The notes beneath the pieces are model-generated. The model made no database searches and had not been told where the DNA came from. It was given only the letters and a program-made list of their open reading frames with translations. The translations under genes and the position numbers were made by a program. This document shows, in pieces, positions 53,174-62,957 of a DNA stretch of 64,000 nucleotides. The stretch is taken from the NCBI GenBank assembly GCA_948852945.1, contig CAQPBJ010000004.1, positions 5,070 through 69,069 on the forward strand. The letters run 5' to 3'. The stretch comes from an uncultured Clostridia bacterium. GTDB lineage: Bacteria > Bacillota > Clostridia > TANB77 > CAG-508. Positions within the stretch are counted from its first letter, which is position 1, and every line of letters begins with the position of its first letter.

Positions 53174-53746
53174 ATGTTAGGGAATTTACTTTCAAATATT
53201 AGAGAAAAGAAAGGTTTATCAAAAACTAGTATATCTGAGGTAACTGGAATTAATGTTGGTCATTTAACTCATATTGAAAAGGGTGAGCGTAATCCAAGTC
53301 AAAAAGCTTTAAGAGATATTTGTAGAGCTTTGGATATACCATATCAACCTGTTTCATACACATATGACAAAGAACTAACAGAAGAACAAAAACGTTTTAA
53401 TTTAATCGATTCTGTGCCTTATAACACTGTGCCTTTAGTTACTGGAGTTATGGATATGGTTATTTGTCCTTCATCTATACCTGATGCTTCAATGGCTTTT
53501 ATTATGCCTGATGATACGATGAAAGCGTCTGTTCCTAGAGGATCTGTTGTTTTTGTTGAATTAAATACTATTCCAGCTCATCGTGAATTAGGATTATTTA
53601 AATATCAAGATTCTATTGTAGTTAGAAGAGCAATTTATAGAAAATATAAAATTATCTTAAAAGCTGATAATTTACTTACTAAAGATATTATTATTGAAGA
53701 TGGATCACAACTTACTATTATTGGTAAAATTCATGTCGAAAATTAA
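53174..53746 (+). CDS. XRE-family HTH repressor fused to an S24 (LexA/CI-like) domain with a substituted catalytic dyad
   Basis: HTH region: KKGLSKTSISEVTGINVGHLTHIEKGERNPS. The C-terminal S24-like fold has DDTM where GDSM is expected and VVRR where VKRL is expected. Confidence 0.75.
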   Translation: MLGNLLSNIREKKGLSKTSISEVTGINVGHLTHIEKGERNPSQKALRDICRALDIPYQPVSYTYDKELTEEQKRFNLIDSVPYNTVPLVTGVMDMVICPSSIPDASMAFIMPDDTMKASVPRGSVVFVELNTIPAHRELGLFKYQDSIVVRRAIYRKYKIILKADNLLTKDIIIEDGSQLTIIGKIHVEN

Positions 53747-53866
53747 CATTTATTTTACAATAATATAACATTTAAATGTTTTTTAACCTTTTGAGTATAA
53801 AATGTATTGAAACTATTTTTTATTATGTTTATAATATTTTTAGCAAATGATAAGGAGTTATTAATT

Positions 53867-54340
53867 ATGGAATTAGTTAAAAATATATTTTTCAATACAG
53901 ATAAATTGACACCAAATTCAAACATAAAAATCTCATATACTGGGAAATTTTTTCAAGACAATTCAAATGAAGTTTATCTTCATTTTGGTTTTGGTTCTGA
54001 TTGGGAAAACGTTTCAGATGTAAAAATGGAAAAATCTGAACTTGGTTTTCAAATTGAAATAAACCTTCCTGAAAATGATTCTTTACGTTTTTGCTTAAAA
54101 AATGAAAATGGAGAATGGGATAATAATAATGGAGAAAATTATATTTTTCCTATCGAACATATTGAAACTAGTTTAGTAGTTCACGATGAAAATGCTTTTA
54201 ATTTAGCTTCTCCTAGAAAACTTAGACGTTCTTATATTATTTCAAAGAAAATTAAATTAGCTATATATAAGATTATTCATTACTTACCAAAACTTGTTTC
54301 AGGAAATTATAAAAAGAAATCTGAAAATGAAAATATTTAA
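53867..54340 (+). CDS. Small protein with a starch-binding-type (CBM25/53-like) domain
   Basis: RBS AAGGAG. The motif YLHFGFGSDWENV..LRFCLKNENGEWDNNNGENYIF is the basis, and the family call is by pattern only. Confidence 0.45.
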   Translation: MELVKNIFFNTDKLTPNSNIKISYTGKFFQDNSNEVYLHFGFGSDWENVSDVKMEKSELGFQIEINLPENDSLRFCLKNENGEWDNNNGENYIFPIEHIETSLVVHDENAFNLASPRKLRRSYIISKKIKLAIYKIIHYLPKLVSGNYKKKSENENI

Positions 54341-54381
54341 TTAAACAGCAGAGCAAAGTTTAATACCTTGCTCTGCTATTT

Positions 54382-55113
54382 TTATGTTATTATCCAGCCT
54401 CCATTTGGAGATATTACTTGTCCTGTTGTGAATTCATCTTCTATTAGCCATTTTGCTGTTTTTGCTATATCTAGTGGTTTTCCTATTTTTCCTAAAGGTG
54501 TTTGGTTTTCTATTTCTTTTATCTCTTCTTTAGTAAAATCGGAAATCATTTCTGTATCAATTAATCCTGGTGCTATCGAGTTAACTCTTATATTTGATGG
54601 TCCAAGTTCTTTAGCTAATCCTTTTGTTAATCCATCTATTCCTGCTTTTGTTATTGAATATGCTACTTCGCAAGATGCACCTACTAATCCCCATATTGAA
54701 GAAATGTTTATTATACATCCAGATTTTTCTTGTATCATATATTTTGATACTTCTTGTGACATTGCTATTGCTGAATAAAGATTAGTTTCTATTATTTCTT
54801 TTATTTGTTCATCTTTTAAATCTGTAAATGGTCCCCATACTGAAATTCCAGCATTATTAATTAGTACATCTATTTTTTTATATTTATCTATAGTATATTT
54901 AACTAGACTTTGACATTCTTCTCTTTTCGATACATCTGCTTGAAATATATCTATTTCTATATTTTCTTTTTTTAGCTCTTCTTGTAATTCTTTAGCTTTT
55001 TCTTCTGATTTGTTGTAATTTGCTATTATTTTGTTTCCTTGTCTTGCTAAATATTCTGCCATGCTTCTTCCTATTCCTCTTGATGCTCCTGTTATAATAA
55101 TTACTTTTGACAT
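54382..55113 (-). CDS. Short-chain dehydrogenase/reductase, FabG-like
   Basis: Motifs ITGASRGIGRS (TGxxxGxG), NNAG and YSITKAG (YxxxK). Confidence 0.85.
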   Translation of the reverse strand: MSKVIIITGASRGIGRSMAEYLARQGNKIIANYNKSEEKAKELQEELKKENIEIDIFQADVSKREECQSLVKYTIDKYKKIDVLINNAGISVWGPFTDLKDEQIKEIIETNLYSAIAMSQEVSKYMIQEKSGCIINISSIWGLVGASCEVAYSITKAGIDGLTKGLAKELGPSNIRVNSIAPGLIDTEMISDFTKEEIKEIENQTPLGKIGKPLDIAKTAKWLIEDEFTTGQVISPNGGWIIT

Positions 55114-55233
55114 TTTTTCTCCTATACTTGTACTTATTATTTTTTTCTATTATACACTGATTTGAGTTATTTGTATATCTATTTATCTTTGATATGTACT
55201 ATTTTGTCTAAAAAACTCGCTCTTTCTATATGT

Positions 55234-55276
55234 AAAAAAAAGCCAACAATTAAGAGATTATCTCAAAACTGTTGAC
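55234..55276 (-). terminator. Terminator of the tRNA operon
   Basis: On the minus strand, GTCAACA..TGTTGGC stem followed by T8. Confidence 0.6.
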
Positions 55277-55283
55277 TTTAAGA

Positions 55284-55359
<76 letters not shown>

Positions 55360-55368
55360 ATATTTAAT

Positions 55369-55443
55369 TGGTGACCCCTACGGGAATCGAACCCATGTCT
55401 CCGCCGTGAAAGGGCGATGTCTTAACCGCTTGACCAAGGGGCC
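55369..55443 (-). tRNA. tRNA-Glu (anticodon UUC)
   Basis: The reverse complement is GGCCCCTTGGTCAAGCGGTTAAGACATCGCCCTTTCACGGCGGAGACATGGGTTCGATTCCCGTAGGGGTCACCA. The anticodon loop is CT-TTC-AC. Confidence 0.9.
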
Positions 55444-55469
55444 ATAAATCTCAGATTTCCATCTGAGAT

Positions 55470-55545
55470 TGGTGAGCTATCCGCGACTCGAACGCGGGAC
55501 AACTTGATTAAAAGTCAAGTGCTCTACCACCTGAGCTAATAGCCC
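55470..55545 (-). tRNA. tRNA-Lys (anticodon UUU)
   Basis: The reverse complement is GGGCTATTAGCTCAGGTGGTAGAGCACTTGACTTTTAATCAAGTTGTCCCGCGTTCGAGTCGCGGATAGCTCACCA. The anticodon loop is CT-TTT-AA. Confidence 0.9.
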
Positions 55546-55577
55546 ATTAACAGTTGCTTTTATGCAACTGCTTTTAT

Positions 55578-55606
55578 ATGATACAACACTTTTCTTTACT
55601 TGTCAA
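55578..55606 (-). promoter_or_regulatory. Promoter of the tRNA-Lys/Glu/Thr operon
   Basis: On the minus strand: TTGACA (55606-55601), 17 nt, then TATCAT (55583-55578). Confidence 0.6.
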
Positions 55607-55649
55607 CATTTTTTCAATATTTTTTAAAATATTTTTTCACTTTTTATAC

Positions 55650-57530
55650 TTATAATACTATTTTTTTGTAGGTAATATTTTCTTTTTCTAAAATTTCACT
55701 TTCTCTATCTGAACATGTGAATATTAAAACTTGTCTATTTTCTTGGTTTGATAAATATTTTAAGCTTTCTGTCATTCTTTCATTGTCATAATATGAAAAG
55801 CTTTCATCCATTATTATTGGCATATTTTCTTCTGATATTTCTTTTGTAGCACTTATTCTTAATGCTAAGTATATTAGATCTATGGTTCCTGTACTTAATC
55901 TTTCTATAGGCATATATTGTCCATTTTCTACTTCTATTTGCAAATTATTTTCGCTATCTAGATATAGTTTTGAATATTTTCCTTTTGTTACTTGAACTAA
56001 AATATTTTTTAGCTCTTCTATAAAATCTGGCGTTATATTTTCTTTCATTTCTTGATATGCATTTTCTATTTCTTGTTTTACCATTTCATATATCTGATTA
56101 AGTTCAACTAATTCTTTTTTTTGCTCATATAGGTTTTCTAATTTTTCGTCTATTTCTACTAAGTAATCTAATTGTTTTAATATATTTTGGTTATCTACTT
56201 CTATTGTTTTTTCTGTTATTTTATATTCTGTTAATTCTTTTTCTTTTTCACCTATGAATTCCACAATGTTTTCATATTTTGTGGATAATATATCATCTAT
56301 TATTTCTTCGTCTATTTCTTCAATAAATTCTTGTTTTATTTCTTGTTCTGCTGTTTGTTCTTGTATTTTTATTTTTTCTTCTTTTTCTTCTATCTCTAAC
56401 TTTTTCTCTTTGTATTCATCTTCTATTTTTGATAGTTCTTCTTCTAATAAATTTTTTTCTTGATATCTTTTTCTATTATTCTTTTTAATTTGTTGTTTTA
56501 TTTTTTGTTTTTTATTAAATATGATTCCAAATATTAATAGTGGAATTATATTTAACAAAATAGCCATATATTTCTTTAAATAGATGCTTAAACTTGTTAT
56601 AGCAATAATTATTAATATTATTGCTAAATATCCAAATTTGGAGCTTTTAAATGCTTCTTGCTTACTTTCTTCTAGGTTGCTTATCTTTTCTTCTAATTCT
56701 TTTTTTCTGTTTTCATTTTTTAGTAGATTTTCTTTAGAAATTTTAATTTTTTCTTTTTCTAACTGATTTTTTTCTAAATTTATTTTTTGTTTTCTTAATA
56801 TTTCTAAAACTGTTTTACTTTCTTCTAAATCTATTTGTAGATTTTCTTTTTGTGTTGCCATATCATATTTTTGGTCTTCATATATTGATATTTCTTTTCT
56901 TTTTGCTTCATTTTCTTCTATTGATGTTTCTACTATATTTAGTGGTCTTCCTGTGCTTCTATTGTTTCCAATTTTCTCTAATTGCTCTTTATTTAATTTT
57001 TCAATTGCTTTTTTATAGGATGTTGTTTCACTACCTGTTGAAACTATATTGCTTAATCTTTGAATTATGTTGTTTTTCATTGTGTTGGATAATTTTACAT
57101 TTTCTTGTTCTGATACACAGCTTGCTAAAAAATTATCTTCTGTTATTCCTGTTTGTTCGTAGAAAAATAAGCTTTCTTTACTTTTATCTATACCATATTG
57201 TTTGGTTACATCATTTTTGTCTTTATCATATATTGTAGGCATTTTTTTCTTGAATTCTCTGTATATTTCGTATTCATTATTATTATCTAAAGTATATGTT
57301 AATTTTCCTGAGTATTCGTCTTTTTCCCATGGTTTATATTTATCAAAGTCTGGTATTGTTTTTCCATTTTTGTTTTTTGATATTCCATAAAACATTGATA
57401 CTATGAATTTTAACAAGGTTGATTTTCCTGACTCATTTTTTCCTGAAATTATATTTATATTGTCGGAAAACTCTATTTCTGTATTTTCTAATTTTCCAAA
57501 ACTATTTATTTTCAGTTTTTTTATTTTCAT
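55650..57530 (-). CDS. SbcC/Rad50-like AAA ATPase (YhaN-type) with a central membrane hairpin
   Basis: Walker A: GKNESGKST. Long charged coiled-coil segments flank two hydrophobic helices (FGYLAIILIIIAITSLSIYL and AILLNIIPLLIFGIIF). The signature is LSTGT and the Walker B is PIIMDESFSYYD. The start overlaps the sbcD-like stop (TAATG). Confidence 0.8.
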   Translation of the reverse strand: MKIKKLKINSFGKLENTEIEFSDNINIISGKNESGKSTLLKFIVSMFYGISKNKNGKTIPDFDKYKPWEKDEYSGKLTYTLDNNNEYEIYREFKKKMPTIYDKDKNDVTKQYGIDKSKESLFFYEQTGITEDNFLASCVSEQENVKLSNTMKNNIIQRLSNIVSTGSETTSYKKAIEKLNKEQLEKIGNNRSTGRPLNIVETSIEENEAKRKEISIYEDQKYDMATQKENLQIDLEESKTVLEILRKQKINLEKNQLEKEKIKISKENLLKNENRKKELEEKISNLEESKQEAFKSSKFGYLAIILIIIAITSLSIYLKKYMAILLNIIPLLIFGIIFNKKQKIKQQIKKNNRKRYQEKNLLEEELSKIEDEYKEKKLEIEEKEEKIKIQEQTAEQEIKQEFIEEIDEEIIDDILSTKYENIVEFIGEKEKELTEYKITEKTIEVDNQNILKQLDYLVEIDEKLENLYEQKKELVELNQIYEMVKQEIENAYQEMKENITPDFIEELKNILVQVTKGKYSKLYLDSENNLQIEVENGQYMPIERLSTGTIDLIYLALRISATKEISEENMPIIMDESFSYYDNERMTESLKYLSNQENRQVLIFTCSDRESEILEKENITYKKIVL

Positions 57531-58603
57531 TATAATACCTCTAATCCTATCTCAATTGCCTTTTCAATAAACTCTTTATCTAAATTTTCATCTTCTTGTT
57601 TTTTTAGCATTTTTCTTACAAATATACCTTTTATGTTGTTTTCTTTTTGCAGGCTTTCTATGTCTATTCCTATTTTTGTTTTGTCTTTTATTTTTATAAT
57701 ATTTTCTATTTGCAAAGTCTTTTTTATTTCGTCTATATCTATTTTAAAAAATCTTTTTCCTGTTATTATTATTTTATAAAAATTTTCTTCTTTTAATTCT
57801 AATTCTTCTATTTGTGTTATTATATCTTCATTTGAACTAAAATTTGTTATGTCGATTTCTTTTTCTTCAAATTCTCTTTTATCTACTGGAATAAATTCTA
57901 CTTCTAATGAGTTTTTTTCTAGTTTTCCTACTAGCATACCTCTTTGTCCAAGTTCGTCAAATCCTAGACTTACAATTGATCCAGGATAAAAAATTTCTTG
58001 ATTTTTTTCTTCATTATAATATGGTTTATGTATGTGTCCTAATGCTATATAATCAAATCCAAGTTTTTTTAATTTGTGGCTTTTTAGTGGGTTATATTCT
58101 CTTTCTTCTGTGCTTCCTTCAAGTGCTCCGTGTGTTAATAATATATTTATGTCTTTTTTATCTTCTATTTTAATTTCTTCTATTTCTGATTCTTTACAAT
58201 AGAAATCTGTAAATCCATATCCATAAATATGAGTTTTTTCATCTATGTCTATTTTTTCAATTTTTTCTTTAAATATATGTACATTTTCTGCCCAATTATA
58301 TGTTGCATAAAAAGAATTTTGTATATATGGATCGTGATTTCCTGGTGATATAAATATTTGTGTATTGGGTATTTCTAAAAATAGATTGTTAATGTATTCT
58401 ATACTAGATTTTTTTATATAATTTTGTTCATATAAATCTCCTGCTATTAGCAATATTTCGATATTATTTTCTTTTACATAATTAATAATATCTCTCATAG
58501 CTTTTCTTTGTTCAATTCTTCTTTTGGTTGGTAATCCTTCTATTTGTCCTAGGTTATCAAATTTTGCGTCTAAATGAAGGTCTGCTATATGTACAAATTT
58601 CAT
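57530..58603 (-). CDS. SbcD/Mre11-like metallophosphoesterase nuclease (YhaO-type)
   Basis: Motifs FVHIADLHLD, IAGDLYE, GNHD, LTHG and GHIH. Confidence 0.85.
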   Translation of the reverse strand: MKFVHIADLHLDAKFDNLGQIEGLPTKRRIEQRKAMRDIINYVKENNIEILLIAGDLYEQNYIKKSSIEYINNLFLEIPNTQIFISPGNHDPYIQNSFYATYNWAENVHIFKEKIEKIDIDEKTHIYGYGFTDFYCKESEIEEIKIEDKKDINILLTHGALEGSTEEREYNPLKSHKLKKLGFDYIALGHIHKPYYNEEKNQEIFYPGSIVSLGFDELGQRGMLVGKLEKNSLEVEFIPVDKREFEEKEIDITNFSSNEDIITQIEELELKEENFYKIIITGKRFFKIDIDEIKKTLQIENIIKIKDKTKIGIDIESLQKENNIKGIFVRKMLKKQEDENLDKEFIEKAIEIGLEVL

Positions 58604-58658
58604 TTTTTCTCCTTAACTATTTTATACTAGTATCTAAATTAATGATAATTGCTTTTAT

Positions 58659-58691
58659 AAATTTTGCTCTTCGCAATCTCCGAATAAAAAA
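58659..58691 (-). repeat. Nested-palindrome repeat family, copy 3 (3' half only)
   Basis: The reverse complement TTTTTTATTCGGAGATTGCGAAGAGCAAAATTT matches the right end of the cores at 17595-17630 and 21608-21642. The left half is absent. Confidence 0.75.
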
Positions 58692-58720
58692 ATATCGCTT
58701 TGATTATATCAAAACGATAT
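58685..58720 (-). terminator. Terminator after the coupling-protein pseudogene
   Basis: On the minus strand, ATATCGTTTTGAT-ATA-ATCAAAGCGATAT followed by T7. Confidence 0.7.
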
Positions 58721-58750
58721 TTTATAGTCAATATTTTTCAAACATTTGTT

Positions 58751-60810
58751 TTAGTTATTTACATCATTTAAACTTCCAAATAATTCATCAAATTTTGCTT
58801 CTAATTCTTTTTGTATATCTACTACTTCTTTTTTAGGTTCTTCTTTTGGTGTTTCTACTGGTTCTAATGGTAGTTCCATAGGTATATCAAAAGGATCTGT
58901 AGTTTTATTTTCTTCTTGTTTTGGTGCTTCTGATTTTATTTCTTTTGGTACCTCTGTTTTTGATGCTTCTTCTTTTGGTTCATCATCACTAAATAAATCA
59001 TCTAATTGTTCTATTTTTGTTACTTCTTTTTTCTCCTCATCTTCTACATAAGGGTTATATGGATTATATTTTCTCCATTTTCCTCTATCTACGTCTTCTC
59101 TAGTGTTATGATCTACTTGGTAAGGCTTAATAGTTTTTTCTGTTGAGTATTTATAGTAATAGTACTTTTGAGCTTTTATTGGTTTTATTCCTTTTTCATA
59201 TATAATACACTCATCTACGTCCATTCTACGTAGTTCGTCTGCTGTTAGTAATGCTCTTGCCATGTTTTGATCTGATACGCTTTTTCCTTGTTTCCAGTCT
59301 TCTCTATCTTTATTTACTGATTCGCTTTCTCTGAATATTGTTTTTTCTCCTAAAGCCTTAGAGAAATATTCAACTGTTTTTTGTGAGTTACTTCCTAAGA
59401 AAAGGTGAGTATCACAGTTACCCATGATTGTTTCATAAGATTTATCATAAACCGCTTCTAATTGGTCTAAGTTTTGTAATATAACGCTAAATGAAATTTT
59501 TCTACTTCTTGATGTTGATATTTTTTTATCGAAGTCTGGTATTTTACCGATGTTAGCAAACTCGTCTAGTATGAAATATGTAGGTACTGGAAGTGCTCCT
59601 CCGCATTCATCTGCATAGTCATATAATTGTTGTATCATTTGTGAGAAGAATATTGTTAATAAGAAATCATATGCAGCGTGTGTATCTGATGATATAACAT
59701 ATACTGCTGTTTTTTCTTTTCCTATTTCTTCGAAATCTATTGTATTTGTTGATGTTAATTCTGCTATTTCTCTTGAATCGAATTTACCTAGTTTTGATTG
59801 TAATGATGATAGAATTGATCCATATGTTTTTTCTGGAGCAATTTCTATAGATTTATAGTTCATTCTAGCTGGGTGGTCAAATGGTAATTGATTCATTAGG
59901 TTTGTTAATAAGTTATCTCCACCATTGTTATTTGCAGCTCTTACTAGCTCTGCACAGCTTGATAGGTTTTGCTCTTCTACAGGTCTTACTGCTTTTAGAT
60001 AATATATTAATGCTTTTAATAGCATTTCTGCCATATCATCCCAATAAGGGTCAGAAGATTTTACTGATTCTCCTTGTCCTTTAACTATTGTATTTGCTAC
60101 AACGTCAACGTCTATTTCGTTTTTTATATGTAATAAAGGGTTATATCCGTCACTTTTTTGCGGTCTTACTAAGTTTAATACTTTTATTTTATATCCTTTT
60201 TCTTTTAAATATCCTGCTGTTTTGTCGTATAGCTCGCCTTTAGGGTCTGTAAACACGTATGATCCTAGTAATTGGCATGCGTTTGGAATAACGTATGATG
60301 CAGATTTACCAGCACCAGATCCGTCCAACAACTAATACGTTTACGTTTCCTCTTTTATCTACTGGTAAATAATTTTTTTCTGCTAATATTATTCCTTCTT
60401 TATTACTTAATACTTTATATTGTTCTCCATTTGTGCACCAATCGCTTGAACCATTTTCTATTCCGTCATATTCGTGTTTTGGTAATGCTTTAGATATTCC
60501 CATTATTACTGCTAACAAGTATACAAGTGTGAATTTCCAAAGTACTCCGAAGAATTGTCCTTCTGATTCTCCTACTATACATAGCCCTGTGCTTTGAAGT
60601 GGTGTAACTATGTATTCGCCTAATGCTGGGAAAAATACTTCCCAACTTTTATCTCCGCCATGAGCCATTTCCAGCTTCTAATCCTTCTTTTATTGACATT
60701 CCCATAGGCGCAACAAATACTATGACCAATATTAGCCATAGTATGAACGATACGATTAATTTTCCTTTTATTTTTTTGATGGCTTTAGCAATTTTTTCAC
60801 CGAATGTCAT
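58751..60810 (-). pseudogene. VirD4/TraG-type type IV coupling protein gene carrying two frameshifts
   Basis: The gene falls into three consecutive frames. Segment 60810-60649 gives MTFGEKIAKAIKKIKGKLIVSFILWLILVIVFV.. (TM). Segment 60668-60306 ends ..NVNVLVVG. Segment 60331-58751 starts at the Walker A, GSGAGKSASYVIPN. The junctions are at the T3 run 60668-60670 and at an extra base near 60323. Confidence 0.75.
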
Positions 60811-60853
60811 GTTACTTCACCCTTTTCTTTAGTTATTATTTCAATTTTTCGTT

Positions 60854-61258
60854 CTATCTGTCGCCTTCGTTATTTTGTTCGTATTTCTCTGCAGCACTTT
60901 TTTCTACTGCTGCTTGTTCTCTAGAAGCTCTTTGAGTTTCATTTTCTGGTACTACAGTTGCTCTTTGTGCTCTTCCAACTTGTCTATCAACTACTATTGT
61001 TACTCCATTTTCATGTAATTCTGCAGCTGTAACTGGAATTAGTGAATCTCCTTGTTCCCCTGGTTTGATTCCTTCTCTAATTTCTGGTGCTGGTACTACT
61101 GTTGCACTTGTAACGTCTTTTCTTGTTGTTTCAAATCCAACTGGTGCTACTTCACGTGCATTTGTAGCTATTACTCTACACTCTTCAGTTTTACTCATTA
61201 ATAATTTAGCTTCTTCTGGAGTTAAGCGATCTTTACTTTGAGTATTATTCATTTCCAT
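60854..61258 (-). CDS. Hypothetical protein in the conjugative-element remnant
   Basis: 134 aa with an RBS AAGGGG. The product is charged and rich in A, E, Q and R. No motif recognised. Confidence 0.5.
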   Translation of the reverse strand: MEMNNTQSKDRLTPEEAKLLMSKTEECRVIATNAREVAPVGFETTRKDVTSATVVPAPEIREGIKPGEQGDSLIPVTAAELHENGVTIVVDRQVGRAQRATVVPENETQRASREQAAVEKSAAEKYEQNNEGDR

Positions 61259-61277
61259 TTTCCCCTTTCGCTAGTTT

Positions 61278-61805
61278 CTATCCTTGTTTATCTGTAATTT
61301 CGAACATTACGTATGTTTTATTGGCCTGTAATGTGCATTTTCCTTTTACTTCATTTGTTTTTTCATCAAAGTATAGCTTTGGTTTTACTTCATCTGTAGT
61401 ATCAGGATCTATTATTGTGATAGGCCTTTTTAAATTTGGTGTATATTCAAATTCTCTAAATTCTGTTTCATTTTCATTGTATAGTGTTTCAAATTTCATT
61501 GGAACTGGAGTGTTAGAAACTCTAACTATATTTGTACGCGTTTCTAAAAAGCCATTATTTACAACAACTCGGTCTTTTCCGAATGAGAATATGACTAGTT
61601 CGTTTCCTTCTGGTGCAGGATCCATTAAAAAGAAGGTTTTCTTTTTATTTTTTCCTATATATTCCTCAGAATATTTTAGTCTTTCTATTGTAAATTTTGG
61701 TGATTTGTCTAAAAATTCTTTTTCTGTTTTATTTACCTTATATATTACAGTGTTTATTGCCTCTGGCTCTGTAATACTAAAGTGTTTTCCGAAAATTTCT
61801 TCCAT
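61278..61805 (-). CDS. Hypothetical protein
   Basis: 175 aa with an RBS GAAGGGG. No motif recognised. Confidence 0.5.
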   Translation of the reverse strand: MEEIFGKHFSITEPEAINTVIYKVNKTEKEFLDKSPKFTIERLKYSEEYIGKNKKKTFFLMDPAPEGNELVIFSFGKDRVVVNNGFLETRTNIVRVSNTPVPMKFETLYNENETEFREFEYTPNLKRPITIIDPDTTDEVKPKLYFDEKTNEVKGKCTLQANKTYVMFEITDKQG

Positions 61806-61899
61806 TTTACACCCCTTCTATACAAAAAAATTGTATTTTATCCTTCGTATAATTAACGTACCTCTCAATTATACTACTTTTTAGTTATTATGTCAACAA

Positions 61900-62793
61900 T
61901 TATATACTCTTGATTCTTCTTGGATTAAATTTACTTATTTCGTTTAATTTTTTGAATAATTTTAGTTCTTCTTCAGTGGTTGATTTTGGCATCATGATTT
62001 TTACCACTGCTATTAAATTTCCTCTGCCACCTTTTCCGTCTTTGTAGCCTTTTCCTTTTATTGTTATTTTATCTCCGCTTTGAATTCCTTTTGGAATTTC
62101 GACTTCTATTTCTTCATCTATACTTATTACATTTACTTTAGTACTTAAGGCTGATTCCCATGGTGTTATTAATAAATCTGTGTATAAATCTATTCCTTGT
62201 AATTTTAAGTTTGGATTGTCTTTTATTTTTACTTTTATAAATAGGTCTCCATTTTTACCGCCGTTTTTTCCTTGCTTTCCTTGACCTATTATTCGTACTT
62301 TTTCGTTATTTCTAATTCCTGCTGGAATTTTTATATCTATTTTTTTGCTTCCATTACCTATAGTTTTAAATTCTAGACTTTTTGTTGCTCCAAAAAAGCT
62401 TTCTGCTATAGTAATAGTTATTTCTGTATTTATGTCTTCGCCTCTTAATATATTATTTTTTTGAACAGTTTCTTTTTCTGTTTTACTTTTTTTCTCTCCA
62501 AAAAATAGTCCAAAAAAGTCTTTAATTTTAGCATTTTGATATTTTGCACTTTGTTTTTTTCTTCTTCCTATATAGTAGTTCCATAATCTATCATATTTTC
62601 TTCTTTGTTTATCATTAGATAATATATTATAGGCTTCTCCTATGTCTTTAAATCTTTCTTCTGCTTTTGGATTATTGCTGTTGACGTCTGGATGGTATTT
62701 TTTTGCTAAATCTCTATAAGCATTTTTTATTTCTTCTATGTGTACTTTATTGCTTTCAAATCCTAATATTTTGTAATAATCCTTGATTATCAT
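61900..62793 (-). CDS. J-domain protein of the CbpA/DnaJ class II type (no zinc finger)
   Basis: J domain: DYYKILGFESNKVHIEEIKNAYRDLAKKYHPDVN. A DnaJ C-terminal beta-sandwich region follows. No CxxCxGxG repeats are present. Confidence 0.85.
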   Translation of the reverse strand: MIIKDYYKILGFESNKVHIEEIKNAYRDLAKKYHPDVNSNNPKAEERFKDIGEAYNILSNDKQRRKYDRLWNYYIGRRKKQSAKYQNAKIKDFFGLFFGEKKSKTEKETVQKNNILRGEDINTEITITIAESFFGATKSLEFKTIGNGSKKIDIKIPAGIRNNEKVRIIGQGKQGKNGGKNGDLFIKVKIKDNPNLKLQGIDLYTDLLITPWESALSTKVNVISIDEEIEVEIPKGIQSGDKITIKGKGYKDGKGGRGNLIAVVKIMMPKSTTEEELKLFKKLNEISKFNPRRIKSI

Positions 62794-62925
62794 TTAACAT
62801 CCTCCAAGATTGGCTAATTTCGTTTGCATTATATCACAGTTTTTTTTAATTTGAAACAGCTTTTTACTCTTTTTTCGGACTTTTTTTACTTTATTTATTT
62901 TTTGTTGTTTTTCTATTTTTGCAAA

Positions 62926-62956
62926 TGCAAAAAGCAGAGGAGGCCCTCTACTTTTT
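62926..62956 (-). terminator. Terminator
   Basis: On the minus strand, GTAGAGG-GCCT-CCTCTGC followed by TTTTTG. Confidence 0.6.
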
Positions 62957-62957
62957 G

